From Syncephalis fuscata S228 (lineage: Eukaryota > Fungi > Zoopagomycota): 64,000 bases of DNA. Shown in pieces: positions 42,616 to 54,387 of this stretch. Position 1 is the stretch's first letter; the number at the start of each line of letters is the position of its first letter. A model generated the notes under the pieces. That model was not told the origin of the DNA and ran no database searches. It was given only the letters and a program-made list of their open reading frames with translations. The stretch spans positions 248,001 through 312,000 of the forward strand of contig JAHLTZ010000017.1 of assembly GCA_025786725.1 (NCBI GenBank), written 5' to 3'. The translations under genes and the position numbers were made by a program.

Positions 42616-43398
42616 ATGTCGCTTTCTAAACAAAACTTTTCTCGTCCCGCCGAGGAGACTATCAATGCGCAAATTAACATGGAGTTATTTGCTTCGCAAA
42701 ACTACCTTTCTATGGCAGCATGGTGCGGCCGCGACAACGTCGCACTACCAGGTATGTTGTTGTTGAATATGAATATCAATTGAACTGAATATAAATACTA
42801 ACGATGATGATGTCCACTACCGTCACTCCACTTTTACTGATAGGTCTTGAGAAATACTTTCGCAAGGCAGCTACTGAGGTAGATATTGGCTTAACATGTG
42901 CACATGCTTTTATAAAGCTGTAACCAATAAGTGACGCTGTACTAATGGTTATTTAGGAGCGAGACCATGCCCAGTTATTGATTGACTACCAAAACAAACG
43001 TGGTGGCAAGGTTCGTCTTGAATCGATCCCAGCACCAGAAGTAAGTAAGAGATGTATAAATAATAAATTAATTGTTTAATATACGTACTAACCATGATGT
43101 TATTATTCCTATCACCAAAGAGTGAATGGCGATCAGCACAAAACACCCTCGAATCAGCGCTACAGCTTGAAAAGGATGTTAATCAGTCATTACTCAAGCT
43201 GCACTCGCTTTCTGATGAGAATAGCGATGCACAGCTTTGTGACTTTTTGGAGACCCATTTCCTTACCGAACAAGTTGATGCCATTAGTTCGTTGTCACAC
43301 TATGTCACGAAATTGAACCGTGTAGGTGGTGATGGCCTTGGTCTCTATCTGTTGACCAAGAGATCGGCGAGTCTGTAGATAAAGAGGACATTAAATAA
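42616..43398 (+). CDS. Ferritin (H-type, ferroxidase residues present), 4 exons
   Basis: KQNFS..EETINAQINMELFASQNYLSM, VALPGLEKYF, TEERDHAQLLIDYQNKRGG, ALQLEKDVNQSLLKLH and DAQLCDFLETHFLTEQVDAI. Restoring one T near 43352 gives GLGLYLFDQE. Confidence 0.95.
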
Positions 43399-43949
43399 CA
43401 CATAGGAATATCAATCCTATGTATTTTCTTGCTTTTCTTGATTCTTTTTATTTGTTGATAGTTGTTGTCGTCATCATCGTCATTGTCATTTTAATAAATG
43501 ATTACTTTTTAGTTAGATTGTTTTAACTGAATAAGATTAAAATAATTATTATCATGTGTGTATATAGTCATATTATTCATGATGAACTGGCACACACGGA
43601 CTAGACACCTAGTTTTGAGTAATGTCACAATAAATGAATATGTACACATCATATCATTTAAGTACAATTGATGCTGTATAGAAAGCATGCTTGATAATGC
43701 TTATTCGCTTGGTAGATAATAACAGCGACTAAAAATACCACCCAGTAGACTAATTGGTGCATGTGTAGTGCAGCATTCCTTGTTAAGCACTTGAGCAGTG
43801 CATATTCTATCACCGTCGTGCAGATTGATTTTAGTTTCGGCTATGGTATTTTATTTAGCGGAGATGCATAAAACATTTATGAATGGAAACATGCATCTGC
43901 GACCTATTCATGGCCCAAAAATACACCTCTTAGCATAGTAATTATTGCT

Positions 43950-44541
43950 ATTATGCACAACATAACTATACTACCTTCTATTAAAATGTTGTTAATAAAT
44001 TGATTTAAATAAATAATGTGATATACTATTTGATCTCTTTGAAACATTTGATATTAATTGTTGTTGTTGGCCATGTGTAGAAAGATTGATCAAATATTAG
44101 TAGGAACCATATATTGCAATTCCATGTCATTACATATTGATTGTTATTGCATCTATGTACAGCATGGATTATTGCAGCTAAATGATTCTTTTACTTTTCA
44201 ATATTCTAGTATTGTATTTTGAGCATATTTGTAATGTAAGATCAAGATTAATATAATTATTATAAGTGTTGTTTATTAAACAGCCACTTTCTCTATAGCC
44301 AATCTGGCTAAATAAATGGTATTTTGAACAAGTAATATTATAATGACAATATATATATTAAAGCAATAATACATATAACTAATTGATTACATTATTGTAT
44401 CGATAATTACACATGAATTAATTAGTATTGGATGTGACATTATACATATTATAGTAATGGATGAGTGTTTAATTATATCTAAAAGTATTAAGAAAAGTAA
44501 AGTAAACTGGATAATAAAAGATATAAAAGTCAAAGTAAATA
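43950..44541 (+). repeat. AT-rich repeat of about 590 bp, inverted copy of 31995-32590
   Basis: Direct sequence comparison; the repeat abuts or overlaps the stop of the adjacent 7TM gene. Confidence 0.92.
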
Positions 44542-45578
44542 GCTCCTAAGAATTAAAAAAAATGTTTGTGCGAATCGATCATGATAAGTTGTAATGGTTG
44601 GAGTAATACCAGTATTTACACTGCCATTCATATTGGAGTTATTTACACTTGTGCGTGAAATGGATTTGGTATGTACATTGACACAGTAATTAGCCAGAAT
44701 TGTTGATGTTATTACCCTATAAAATAAGTAAGAAGCGTGTTTTATGACTATTATTACTTACCAATCTATACTGAAAAAGTATTCTGAAAAACCTCCAAAC
44801 GAACTAGTCAATAAAAAACTAATACAAATGAGATTGCATAGTACAACAAGACACATTGTTTGGATGCCTTGCCGTGCCAAACGTCGCCATGCATCCGAGC
44901 CAAACTTGCGATATTGTTTGTAGACGATGTAGCAGAAAGACGCCGAAAAAAAGTATTGACAGGCGTTGTGGTAGCGACCCAGATCCACGATACAATAGGC
45001 GGATAGTCAACAACACAGCCAACAGCGTCGGCAGTGACAGCTGGCGAGTAAATCATTGAATTAATGCCGGAACCAAGCTGCGGTAATATACTAAGTACAC
45101 CGATAGTTAGAATCCACCGATTACGACGTAAGGCCAAGTAAGCTCGCTGCAATACAACGATACTGTTAATAAATACGGAGATAGTTATAATCCAAATACC
45201 AGACCAAACAAATGTTCGGCAGCCAAGTGTATCACTTAGCAATATTACCGCACAGGTTGCAGTAAGAGATACACCTAGAAGGGAAGTGAGCAAGCAACAC
45301 CACCCAGCAAGGCTTTTCGAATCATATCTAACTGCTCTAATAGTTTTGCGTAGGTTGTAGCAGAATATAATGGCTATTGCTAAATTTATTATAAACTGAA
45401 GATAGAATCCAGAAAGACGAGCGCGTATTAGTGCTTTTGTCGGCTTTTGACCATTATGATTTCTTAAAATAACATCGTATATGTTTAATTCGCCAAGCGG
45501 GTGTAGCGGAATACCGTACAACCTCGTAGCATTTTTTTCCCATTCTCTGTTCTCGTAGTATTTGTCTAGATCAGCCAT
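44530..45578 (-). CDS. Orphan GPCR-like 7TM protein, subfamily A copy 1
   Basis: 7 hydrophobic segments; GIPLHPLGELN, GWCC, GCR, LQRAY, GCVVDYP, YRKFGSDAWRRLARQGIQTM. Intron within the DW codon in TM7; frameshift in the A-run at about 44946. Confidence 0.8.
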
Positions 45579-45829
45579 GGACAATACAAATTATAAGGAT
45601 TGATATACAAAGCAAAAAGTAAAATTGCACAGTAAAAACGATGTAATATGAAATAAATATGTACTATGATTGATACAAGGATGATATGTACATAGGCAGT
45701 TTTAAACCTGTACGATTGTATCTAGTGTTGTCGGGCCGCGTGTACACACTGCAGAGTATTAGTGGCGCTTGTTCTTTGTATGCATAAACTGTAGATTTGG
45801 TCTGTGTAAATAGTGGCAGGCTAAGGCTT

Positions 45830-45837
45830 AACCGGTT
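45830..45837. promoter_or_regulatory. AACCGGTT palindrome (Grainyhead/CP2 consensus) about 250 bp upstream of 7TM A1
   Basis: Exact palindrome, repeated at a similar distance upstream of 7TM B2 (60687-60694). Confidence 0.4.
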
Positions 45838-45973
45838 TATTAAACAGCTGCCCCAGCAATTTAGATTTGCTTTAATATCTGATAGCAGCTAATTGATTTG
45901 GCAATAGTCTATTGTGTAATAGCACAAGACGCAAAATCATCACTTTTAAATATTAGTCACAAATTGATATGGC

Positions 45974-47014
45974 TTAGAAAATGGTCGAGTTTGACATCCT
46001 TGTATTTAGAAATTTTACATGAAAAGAAATAACTGTTTCTTTAATGTCGACCTGGGTAGTGGGGACGCTTTTCGAGCTTTTCAAAGCAGCTAGTGAACTT
46101 GCTACCACGCGCGCATTAAAACACATGTGGGCCAGCGCTGTTGTAGTAATTACACTAGATAGAACATTAGGTACTATACACAGCCATTATAATTGCTTAC
46201 CAATCAACGGTAAAAAACATCTCCGAAAATCCGTCAAATAGTTTTTCTACTACAATAACACTGCAAATGATGTTGCACAAGGCGACAAGGCACATTGTCT
46301 GAATGCCGTCTTGTGCCAAGCGCTTCCATGCGCTCGAGCCAAACCTACTATACTGTTTGTAGGAAACATAGCAGAATATGCCAGAAAATAAAGTATTGAT
46401 AGGTATGCTGGCTATAAGCCAATACCAAGGAACATATGTAGGATAATCGATTACACAATCATTATCGTCGTTGAACAAAGTAGGCGAGTTTGATAGTATA
46501 AAAAACCCAAAGCCCAGGTGAGGTGATATAAGCGCTGCCCCTAGAATGGCTATCCAGTATTGACGGCGTAGTGCAAGATAAGCACGTTCGAGCATTATTG
46601 TGCTATTCGACATAGCGGTAAGCGGTATCATTCAGATAAAATAGGTAGTAAGTCCTCGGCAGCTTGAAAACTCGCTTAACATCAATACTGAGCGCCACAC
46701 GCCATCGAATACACCCATAAAAGAGGAAAATAAACAACGCCAGGCAGACAGACTGTTGGGTTGATCGATGACAGCTCTTGTGGCAAAACGCAAACTATGC
46801 ACAAATATAAGAACTGCTAATGTATTAACAAAAACTTGTTTCTGTGTACTAGATACGCGTGTCTTAAGTAATTCCTCGGTCAGCAATTTATTATCAGAAT
46901 TGCTTGCCACTGCGCTGTATATGTTAATTTTACCTGATGGGTCTAATGGAATATTAGAAAAACTAATAGGATTATTTGACCAGTCTAGTCCTGGATTGTT
47001 GGTATTTTATCCAT
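45974..47014 (-). pseudogene. Orphan 7TM subfamily A copy 2, with in-frame TGA in TM3 (probable pseudogene)
   Basis: Family motifs (NIPLDPSGKIN, SCR, LERAY, DCVIDYP, AWKRLAQDGIQTM) are intact on both sides of the TGA at 46632-46634. Also a 5' homopolymer frameshift at about 47006. Confidence 0.65.
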
Positions 47015-47400
47015 TGGTATCAAAATACAAAATATAATTAAAAAAGAAGGAAGATTAGGCGCGTATAATAACAATTCAAGTAGAGACGGCTAAGAAGCAA
47101 GGGATGCTACAGTAGTTATAGTTGCGTTATCGCTACTTGACCGAACCTGTATAATTATGTATATTACCCGCATCACGTGTAGGCGAAAAAGCGTACTATT
47201 GGACCAGACCAAGTTTTGTGCATTTTGCGCATGCAATGCGGTCATATTAATCAGTTATAGTTTACTGCTTAATGAATACATTTCTGTGTAAAAGGATAAA
47301 AAGCTGCTTATGTTTTAATTAATTGTTTATATTATAGTAGTTTGTTACACGCATAATTTATATAATACGTGTTGGATGGATTATAAATGTTGTTAGCGTT

Positions 47401-48445
47401 TTAATTTCGAAACGATCTAAACATAGTCCCTTGCATAAACCACTCGTGTTGCGTAGTTATCGTTTCGTTGATGTCGGGTTTTTGATTGTAACGTTCATTA
47501 ATGCTTCGGATGCAGTCAAAGATCCCGATGATGTGTACATGTTAACACAATGATGTGCCAGGATTGTCGTAGTGATTACCCTGGCTGCAAAGTTAGCAGA
47601 ATGCACCATTAAATATTGATGTCTTACCAGTCAAAATTAAAAAAAGCGGGTGATATGTCACCGGCGGCCTTGAGTATTAGACAAGCACCGCAAATGATAT
47701 TGCACAACACGACAAGACACATGGTCTGGATCCCGTGTCGTGCCAGACGTCGCCATGCATCCGAACCGAATTTACGATATTGCTTGTAGACTATATAGCT
47801 GAATATTGCCGAGAAAAATGCATTGATAGGCATAATGGCTAAAAACCATAACCAGGCGACAAATCTCGGATAATGTGCAACGCAGCCACCATGATCTTCA
47901 ACAGTAACATAAGAAAATGCTATGGCCAACGGGCCAATACTTAATTCCAACAAAATGCATAATATACCGGCAATAGCTGTCCGACGCTTACGTTGCAAAG
48001 CCAAATGGGCTTGCTGAAGCACTGTCGTGCTATTACAGCAAATCGCCACTGTACCGGCACAAAGATTATACCAAACAAACTGACGGCAGTTTGCGTAATC
48101 CAGTACTACTAGCGTACTAGCCAAGCCTATAGAAGCGCCTAGTACAGAGGAAATAATACAGCACCATACGCCTATATTTTTTAACCGACTTTTGGCAGTT
48201 TGAATCGAAACATTAAGGTTGAGTATAAATATCATTGATAGCACAATGTTTACTACAATTTGAACTTGTAGGCCAGCTAGACGAACTCTTGTTGCTTCCA
48301 TGGTCAGTGTTTGATTATCTGTATTTTGTATTATTGCAGTATATGGACTCATTTCGCCCGATGGATGCAATGGAATATTAAATAACTTGACGGCACTCTC
48401 TCTCCATGTTTCTGATAAAAAACTGTTAGCTTGTAAGTCGTCCAT
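47401..48445 (-). CDS. Orphan GPCR-like 7TM protein, subfamily A copy 3
   Basis: NIPLHPSGEM, VWCC, NCR, LQQAH, GCVAHYP, AWRRLARHGIQTM and DW|intron. The 3' end is uncertain (47457 or 47401). Confidence 0.82.
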
Positions 48446-49897
48446 GTACAATAGACATAAACACAAACATGCACTTAAAAATTAGATATAAACGGGAATC
48501 CTAATAAATGATGATAGAAGACGGTACTGGTAATTAATTCACAAGAAAAGGAAGCTCGCTAAGGCCTAGACAGCTTTCACTTGCCTGTCCAGCTGTGTAT
48601 TACCCATTCAAATACTTATGCCGAACACGCAAGTCACGCCTTATAGTGATTGGTTCAAAAAACAGACAAAGCAGCAAATTTTGGATAGTATTTAAATCAA
48701 TCTATAGATATAAATAAAGCTATCTGGATAGCAACAATGCACCTTATGGGTATGTATACTTTAAGAAAGTACCGTATTGTTTAAGTCTGTTTCGAGAAAA
48801 AACAGTCCAAATGTAATTGTTGAGTGTAACTTTTATTATGTGCGACTTTATATTCATTATGTATAATCTAACTAATACGATTTGTTGCTATTTTTATTTA
48901 ATATCAACTGTATTGAACAATAATTATAACGGTACAGGTACAATCATATTGATAGCTATAATGTATTTGCAGTACAAAAGCAAATATTCTTGATAAAGTG
49001 TGCTATTATTACTATTATTGCACCTCAGTCAATAATATCGATTCAGATAATACGTCACATTATACATAAATAATAGCGTTTTTAATGAATGACATAATTA
49101 AATCAGGTATGATAATATATTTACAAAAATAATACAGATTAAATAGCACTACCATATTAACATTAAATTTATTTTAATATTCTTTGGCGTATATTTGAAT
49201 TGCGAACAAAAATAAACAAAGCTGATACATTGATAGTAATTTTAATTTGAAATGCTACCATACAAACACGCGGTTTCTTTGTTAGCACATGATGTTCAGT
49301 TCTTTGTTGTAGCAGCACGTGGATGTGCCTCGCCCAATTGATGTAGTAAAATACCAAGAAACGAATGGCATTCGCTCTTAGTTTGTATGCCTGCCACACG
49401 CACTTGTAATATACATTGTTATAATAGCTATATCAAGTAATAAAACGATCTATACAATACCAAAGGTGTATCTATAATATAGCATGTATGCACGTTGCTG
49501 TTGAAATCATTAACAAAATGAAATATTGTACTATTTTGAGCTATGCTGAATTCAATCACTAGACAAAGTGGTTTGTTCTAGACAATGGGTCTATTAAAAC
49601 TGTTTTTTTACAAATCAACTACGTCTTAAGGCTATCTTTTTATTTGACATAGTATTAATTCAGCGATAGCATTTCAAGATAAACCGTCGATACAGCAAAG
49701 CTAATGCTCCATACAATAAACAGACGACAAACTTTATCAAAATATTTATTTAATTATCTTTAAAGCATTTTTTATTGTGTTACTAAAATAAAACTCATCA
49801 AGACTTAATTACAGCTACAATGTGAGATTAAAAATTGTATTTATTTTAATATAATTATAGCGCATTTTTTATTTAAATAACTAAACTGTAGTATATT

Positions 49898-50954
49898 TCA
49901 ACGGCCTCTTTGAATGTATGATTGAAATAGCGTTTCAGTAGCGTTGGGTCCGTGGTAGGACGTGGCTATGTTTTAAAGTCATTAAAGCTATTACAAGTAG
50001 TTTTGAAATTTTTAGATGTTGCCATAGAACTTGCTGTTTTGCCAATTCTAATGCTGTGTATAGATAGAATGGTCGAAGTAATCAACCTAAACACAAGGTA
50101 AGATTTAGCTTATTATCTTTCTTTTGTTTTAACTTACCAATCAATGTTAAAAAAGAATTCGGCTTGATCTCCACCTATTTTTCCAGTAATAGTCCGCCGC
50201 ATAGTATATTACATATGACGATAAGACACATTGACTGTATACCATCGCGAGCCAAGCGCCTCCATGCATCCAAGCCAAACTTACAATATTGAGTATAGGT
50301 TACATAACAAAATATAGTTGAAAATAAAATATTAATAGGCATAATAACCATAAACCATAAAGGGGCCGTGAAATTATCGTAAATACACACGCATCCGCCT
50401 GCATCATCAGTTCCCGTATATGAAGTTGCAATTGTATAAAACGCAAAACTACTCTCTGGCAATATAAGCAAAATACCAACCATAGCCACCCAGCCTTTAC
50501 CACCCAGGGCTAGATAGGCTCGTTGAAGTACGGCAGTAGTATTGCACATTGTTCCAATAATGCCAGTTGTAAGTATATACCAGGCAAAAATTCGGCAATT
50601 ACCGTATGAACTTAACATCATTAACATGTAGACTATACCGACACTAGCTCCAAGGATTGATGAAATAAAATTGCACCAAGCTGCAATGTTGCTTTTTCGC
50701 TTTACAATAAGCTTAGCTGAGATATACGAAATGTATAAAAAGGCAAATAATAATAACATGTTGAAAAATAGTTGAACTTGGAACATAAACATCCGTTGTC
50801 TTACAACTTTCTCCACCGGCTCTTGACCATCCGTTTTTTTTACAACAGCATCATATGGATTCAGTTCACCTAAAGGGTGCAGCGGAACACCAAGAAGCTT
50901 GGTGGCATTTTCTCTCCATTTTTCATCAAAGCGGAAATTAATTTCGCGACTCAT
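49898..50954 (-). CDS. Orphan GPCR-like 7TM protein, subfamily A copy 4
   Basis: GVPLHPLGELN, AWCN, NCR, LQRAY, GCVCIY, AWRRLARDGIQSM and DW|intron. Frameshift in the homopolymer at about 50180; 3' end approximate. Confidence 0.8.
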
Positions 50955-51358
50955 AGACTTTGATATATATTTAATAAAGGTTAGAAAGAATAATAAAACA
51001 AATTACGAGTGGCGAGGAAATTGAAAGAAATGACTGCATCTAAAGCACGCGGATGTGTCATAATGCTAAGAGGTCAACTGCAGCTTTTTGCAATATCAAA
51101 AAACTGGTTTTACTTGACTGCAAAAGCCGGTCGTGTCGCTTTACTTATTGTCCCATCATTTTATCGCAAATTGACAGAGTATCTCGGTGGTATGCACTAG
51201 ATATTAATACTAACAGTTAAACATGGACATGTACTAAATAAGAAAATTTTAATGACATTGCTATTATATTATTTCATTTTTTATTTTTATTTTATGACCA
51301 TCTCTATTTAGATTATTAGACAATCATGGACAGATACGTGGTGGCGTGTATAATTAAA

Positions 51359-54241
51359 TTAAAGATATCCAGCTGTACTGATGGCTCTCGCCAAATTACG
51401 CACTAGCGCAACTCGGACCACCGACAGGCGCGAGGTAAGTAGATTTACTTTCTCGCTTGAATAATCCACACCAGTATCGTTGTCGGTATTATTTATGGGT
51501 CGATTCGTATTACGTGTTCGTTTGCCATGTTGATTTATAGCCAGAGCATCGCTTGATAGGTCAGTGCCAGTATCTGTGCGTTTTCTCGCCGACTGGTTTA
51601 CGTTAACAAGTTCTTCCAAACAGCGCATCATTTCGTATGTCTCCTCGGACGTGAATAATACTTGTTCATCTAGTTTAACATGAATAAGTCGTCTAGAACA
51701 TGATATGCAGGGATTATGTACCATCTAGCAATAATAGGGCATCCATAAGGAGAATAGGCCAGAAACTACGCGGCGCTGCGCCGGACGAGAAAAACGGGGC
51801 CAATGTACGAGCTGCACTCACGTAATCGCCACTCTGTTATTATTGGTATGATTATTCACATTAGCACTAACATATCACTGGCACCAACTACTTACCGCAT
51901 ACTCTTCGTGAAAACTGCGGTAATGTGATAAAAATGCCAATAAATCACATTGCTTCTGTGCCTCTTGATCTAAACTGTCAATAATCTCTATATTGACTAG
52001 TTCTCCTATAGTAATAGTAGTAATGTAAATATATAAATACAGCTATGCTGGTTTGACCAATTAGTACATACGATGTTCAAGATAATTATTTAGCAGTTGC
52101 TCCGTAACGGCTGATATACGCGATGGAAGACTAGCTCGCGAGTAATAAGCAATTGCCTGGGCTGGTCGTTGACGGGCTACATTCATACGAGCCCATGTCT
52201 AAATAAGCAGCCAATTAGTTTATTAGCCGTGCCATTATTATTATTATTATTATTATTATTTCTATTGATTACATACACGATAAATTGTCGACTTTTGTTC
52301 TACAAGTTGGTATTCATCACATATGGATAATAGTTGCTGTACTTGTCGTTCGTTTTTCAATGGCACACGTACAACTAACTGTAGGGTTATTACATCATCA
52401 GCAATACTGTAAATTGATTACACTCTATAACCTACTTGCTCCATACGTTCTCTTCCTTGTATTGGACACCAGTAAAGATATCCCATAGCCAATGGCCAGT
52501 AGGTAGCATTGTTCAGTTGTTCTGCGTATTCAACTAAGAAATATTCGTTTAAATTACAGGCATATCTATTGCACAGTCAGCTATTGCTTGTACGCGTATT
52601 TCCATGAACTTTAATTGTTCTAGCTACGTTACCCTTGGCTTGGCTGATCAAATAGATTAAGATAGTTGAACATGTCGGCCAAATGCGCCACTAACCATGT
52701 ATCCACATGACTACAATCACGAATGGCCTATAGTCATATCGTTGTAGCTCTTTTCAAATATAAAGCACTGATGCCACTTACTTGAGTGGCATTCTGTTGA
52801 ATAAGAGCCAATAATACTTGATCTAATGCTTTATTTTCCAATGAGCCATGATGGTCCACACAATCAGTGGCAAATTCACTATTTAATTCCATTAATATTT
52901 ACATTTATCCGACAATCAGTTCACTAATAATACATACCCGACAAGAGATCGACCGGCCAATGGACGACAAAGTACCAAAACACCAATCAATGATTCTAGC
53001 CAACTCGAACCCGATTGGATAATTTGCTTTTCATCACCAGTCAACATTAGCAACAAAGACTCAAGTTCATGTTTATATGGTAGTGTTGAGCTTTTAATAA
53101 GTGTTAGCTGATACCTATATAGTGGAAATATACCAATTTAGCCTATATATTCACGTATATTATCATTTGTTAATGCTTACCGGCCATCCTCCTGCCAGCC
53201 ACGCCACTGGGTCAGGAAATCGCCTTCAGTACGTAGACCAGCTCGTCGAGGCATCTTACGCAAATGAGCCGAGAGTTGTTGCAGCTGCGGCTGTTGTTGA
53301 TGTCCACCGTTAATGGTAGCCAATAAACGAGCTGCCTCATCCATCATACCACGTAGTAGACATTGCCGTAGTAGTGTCCAAAAGTGTTCCCCTGGCTGTG
53401 GTACCATGGTGGCAATCATTGCCTCAATGCTGGCCGGGTCTGGTCCTGGATAGTGCTCATTCAACCAACGGCATAGCGGTTCAGCTAATGGCTCGGTTGT
53501 TGTATGTTCAAGTAGCATCAATTCGCTAAGTTCTAGCACCATCGTGGCTACACGTACAAATGTGTGCTCAATGACATCGGCATCAGTTGCTTGATTTGTC
53601 GTCATTGATTGCAAACGACTGGCATGTCGCTTCAATGCACTACGATATTGACGTGATATATATCGAATCTCATCTAATCTTTTACGTGACAATGAGAATA
53701 TTGCCGAGCGTGGATCGTTGATATTGTTGCTACTAACATAGCCGGTCGTCGTCGTGACCGCGCCTGGTGTCGTTGAAGCAGGCAATTCTTCTTTTTGCAA
53801 GCTTTGCTGCATTTCTTTAAATATCACGTATGCATCTTGCACAAACTATAAAACCAGCCAATAAAGCAGCGTTTAACAAACAGACCTGTATTTATGTATG
53901 ATATGACTTACGGGAAAACGTGCGGCTGGCAGTCCCGGCAATTGCACAATATAGAGCGAGCGATCAGGCTCAAATAGATCTTTGGTCTATGAAATATTAA
54001 TCAATTAGCCGTATATAACTGGCTGTGCCTATCTAATTACCAGATCTTCGTCGGGTTTACGCGGTTTAGTACCTCCAACACAGATAGTAAACGCGCTATC
54101 AGTGCTGGAAGGCACTACCAACAAAGTACGTCCTCTACGTGCCCATTCTTTTGTTTTGCCCGCCTCAATAAGTGACGGATTCAACGTAAACACATCAGAG
54201 GTGGAATGTGCTCCACTCTGGCTTATTGTTTCCACTTCCAT
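51359..54241 (-). CDS. NUP85: Nucleoporin Nup85, multi-exon
   Basis: ISRQYRSAL, FWTLLRQCLLRGMMDEAARLL, LRKMPR..FLTQWRGWQE, SWLESLIG, WLVAHLADM, WPLAMGYL, LAFLSHYRSFH, APRSFWPILLMDA and VRVALVRNLARA resemble Nup85 family segments. Confidence 0.8.
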
Positions 54242-54387
54242 GACGGTGCTGGTAAAAAGAAGAACAATAATAACAATAACAAAGAAAATAAAGCTCTGAA
54301 TACAAAACGTGTTTTATTTATTTTAAACGTCATTCCAATATTAATTTACACTGTTTTTCGCGGTTACTTATTTACAGCTGTTTAGTA

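Noticed and set aside
45590-45973. SECIS element downstream of the TGA-containing 7TM gene
   Set aside because: RTGA cores are present, but I could not form the required helix II, apical AA and GA quartet by eye.
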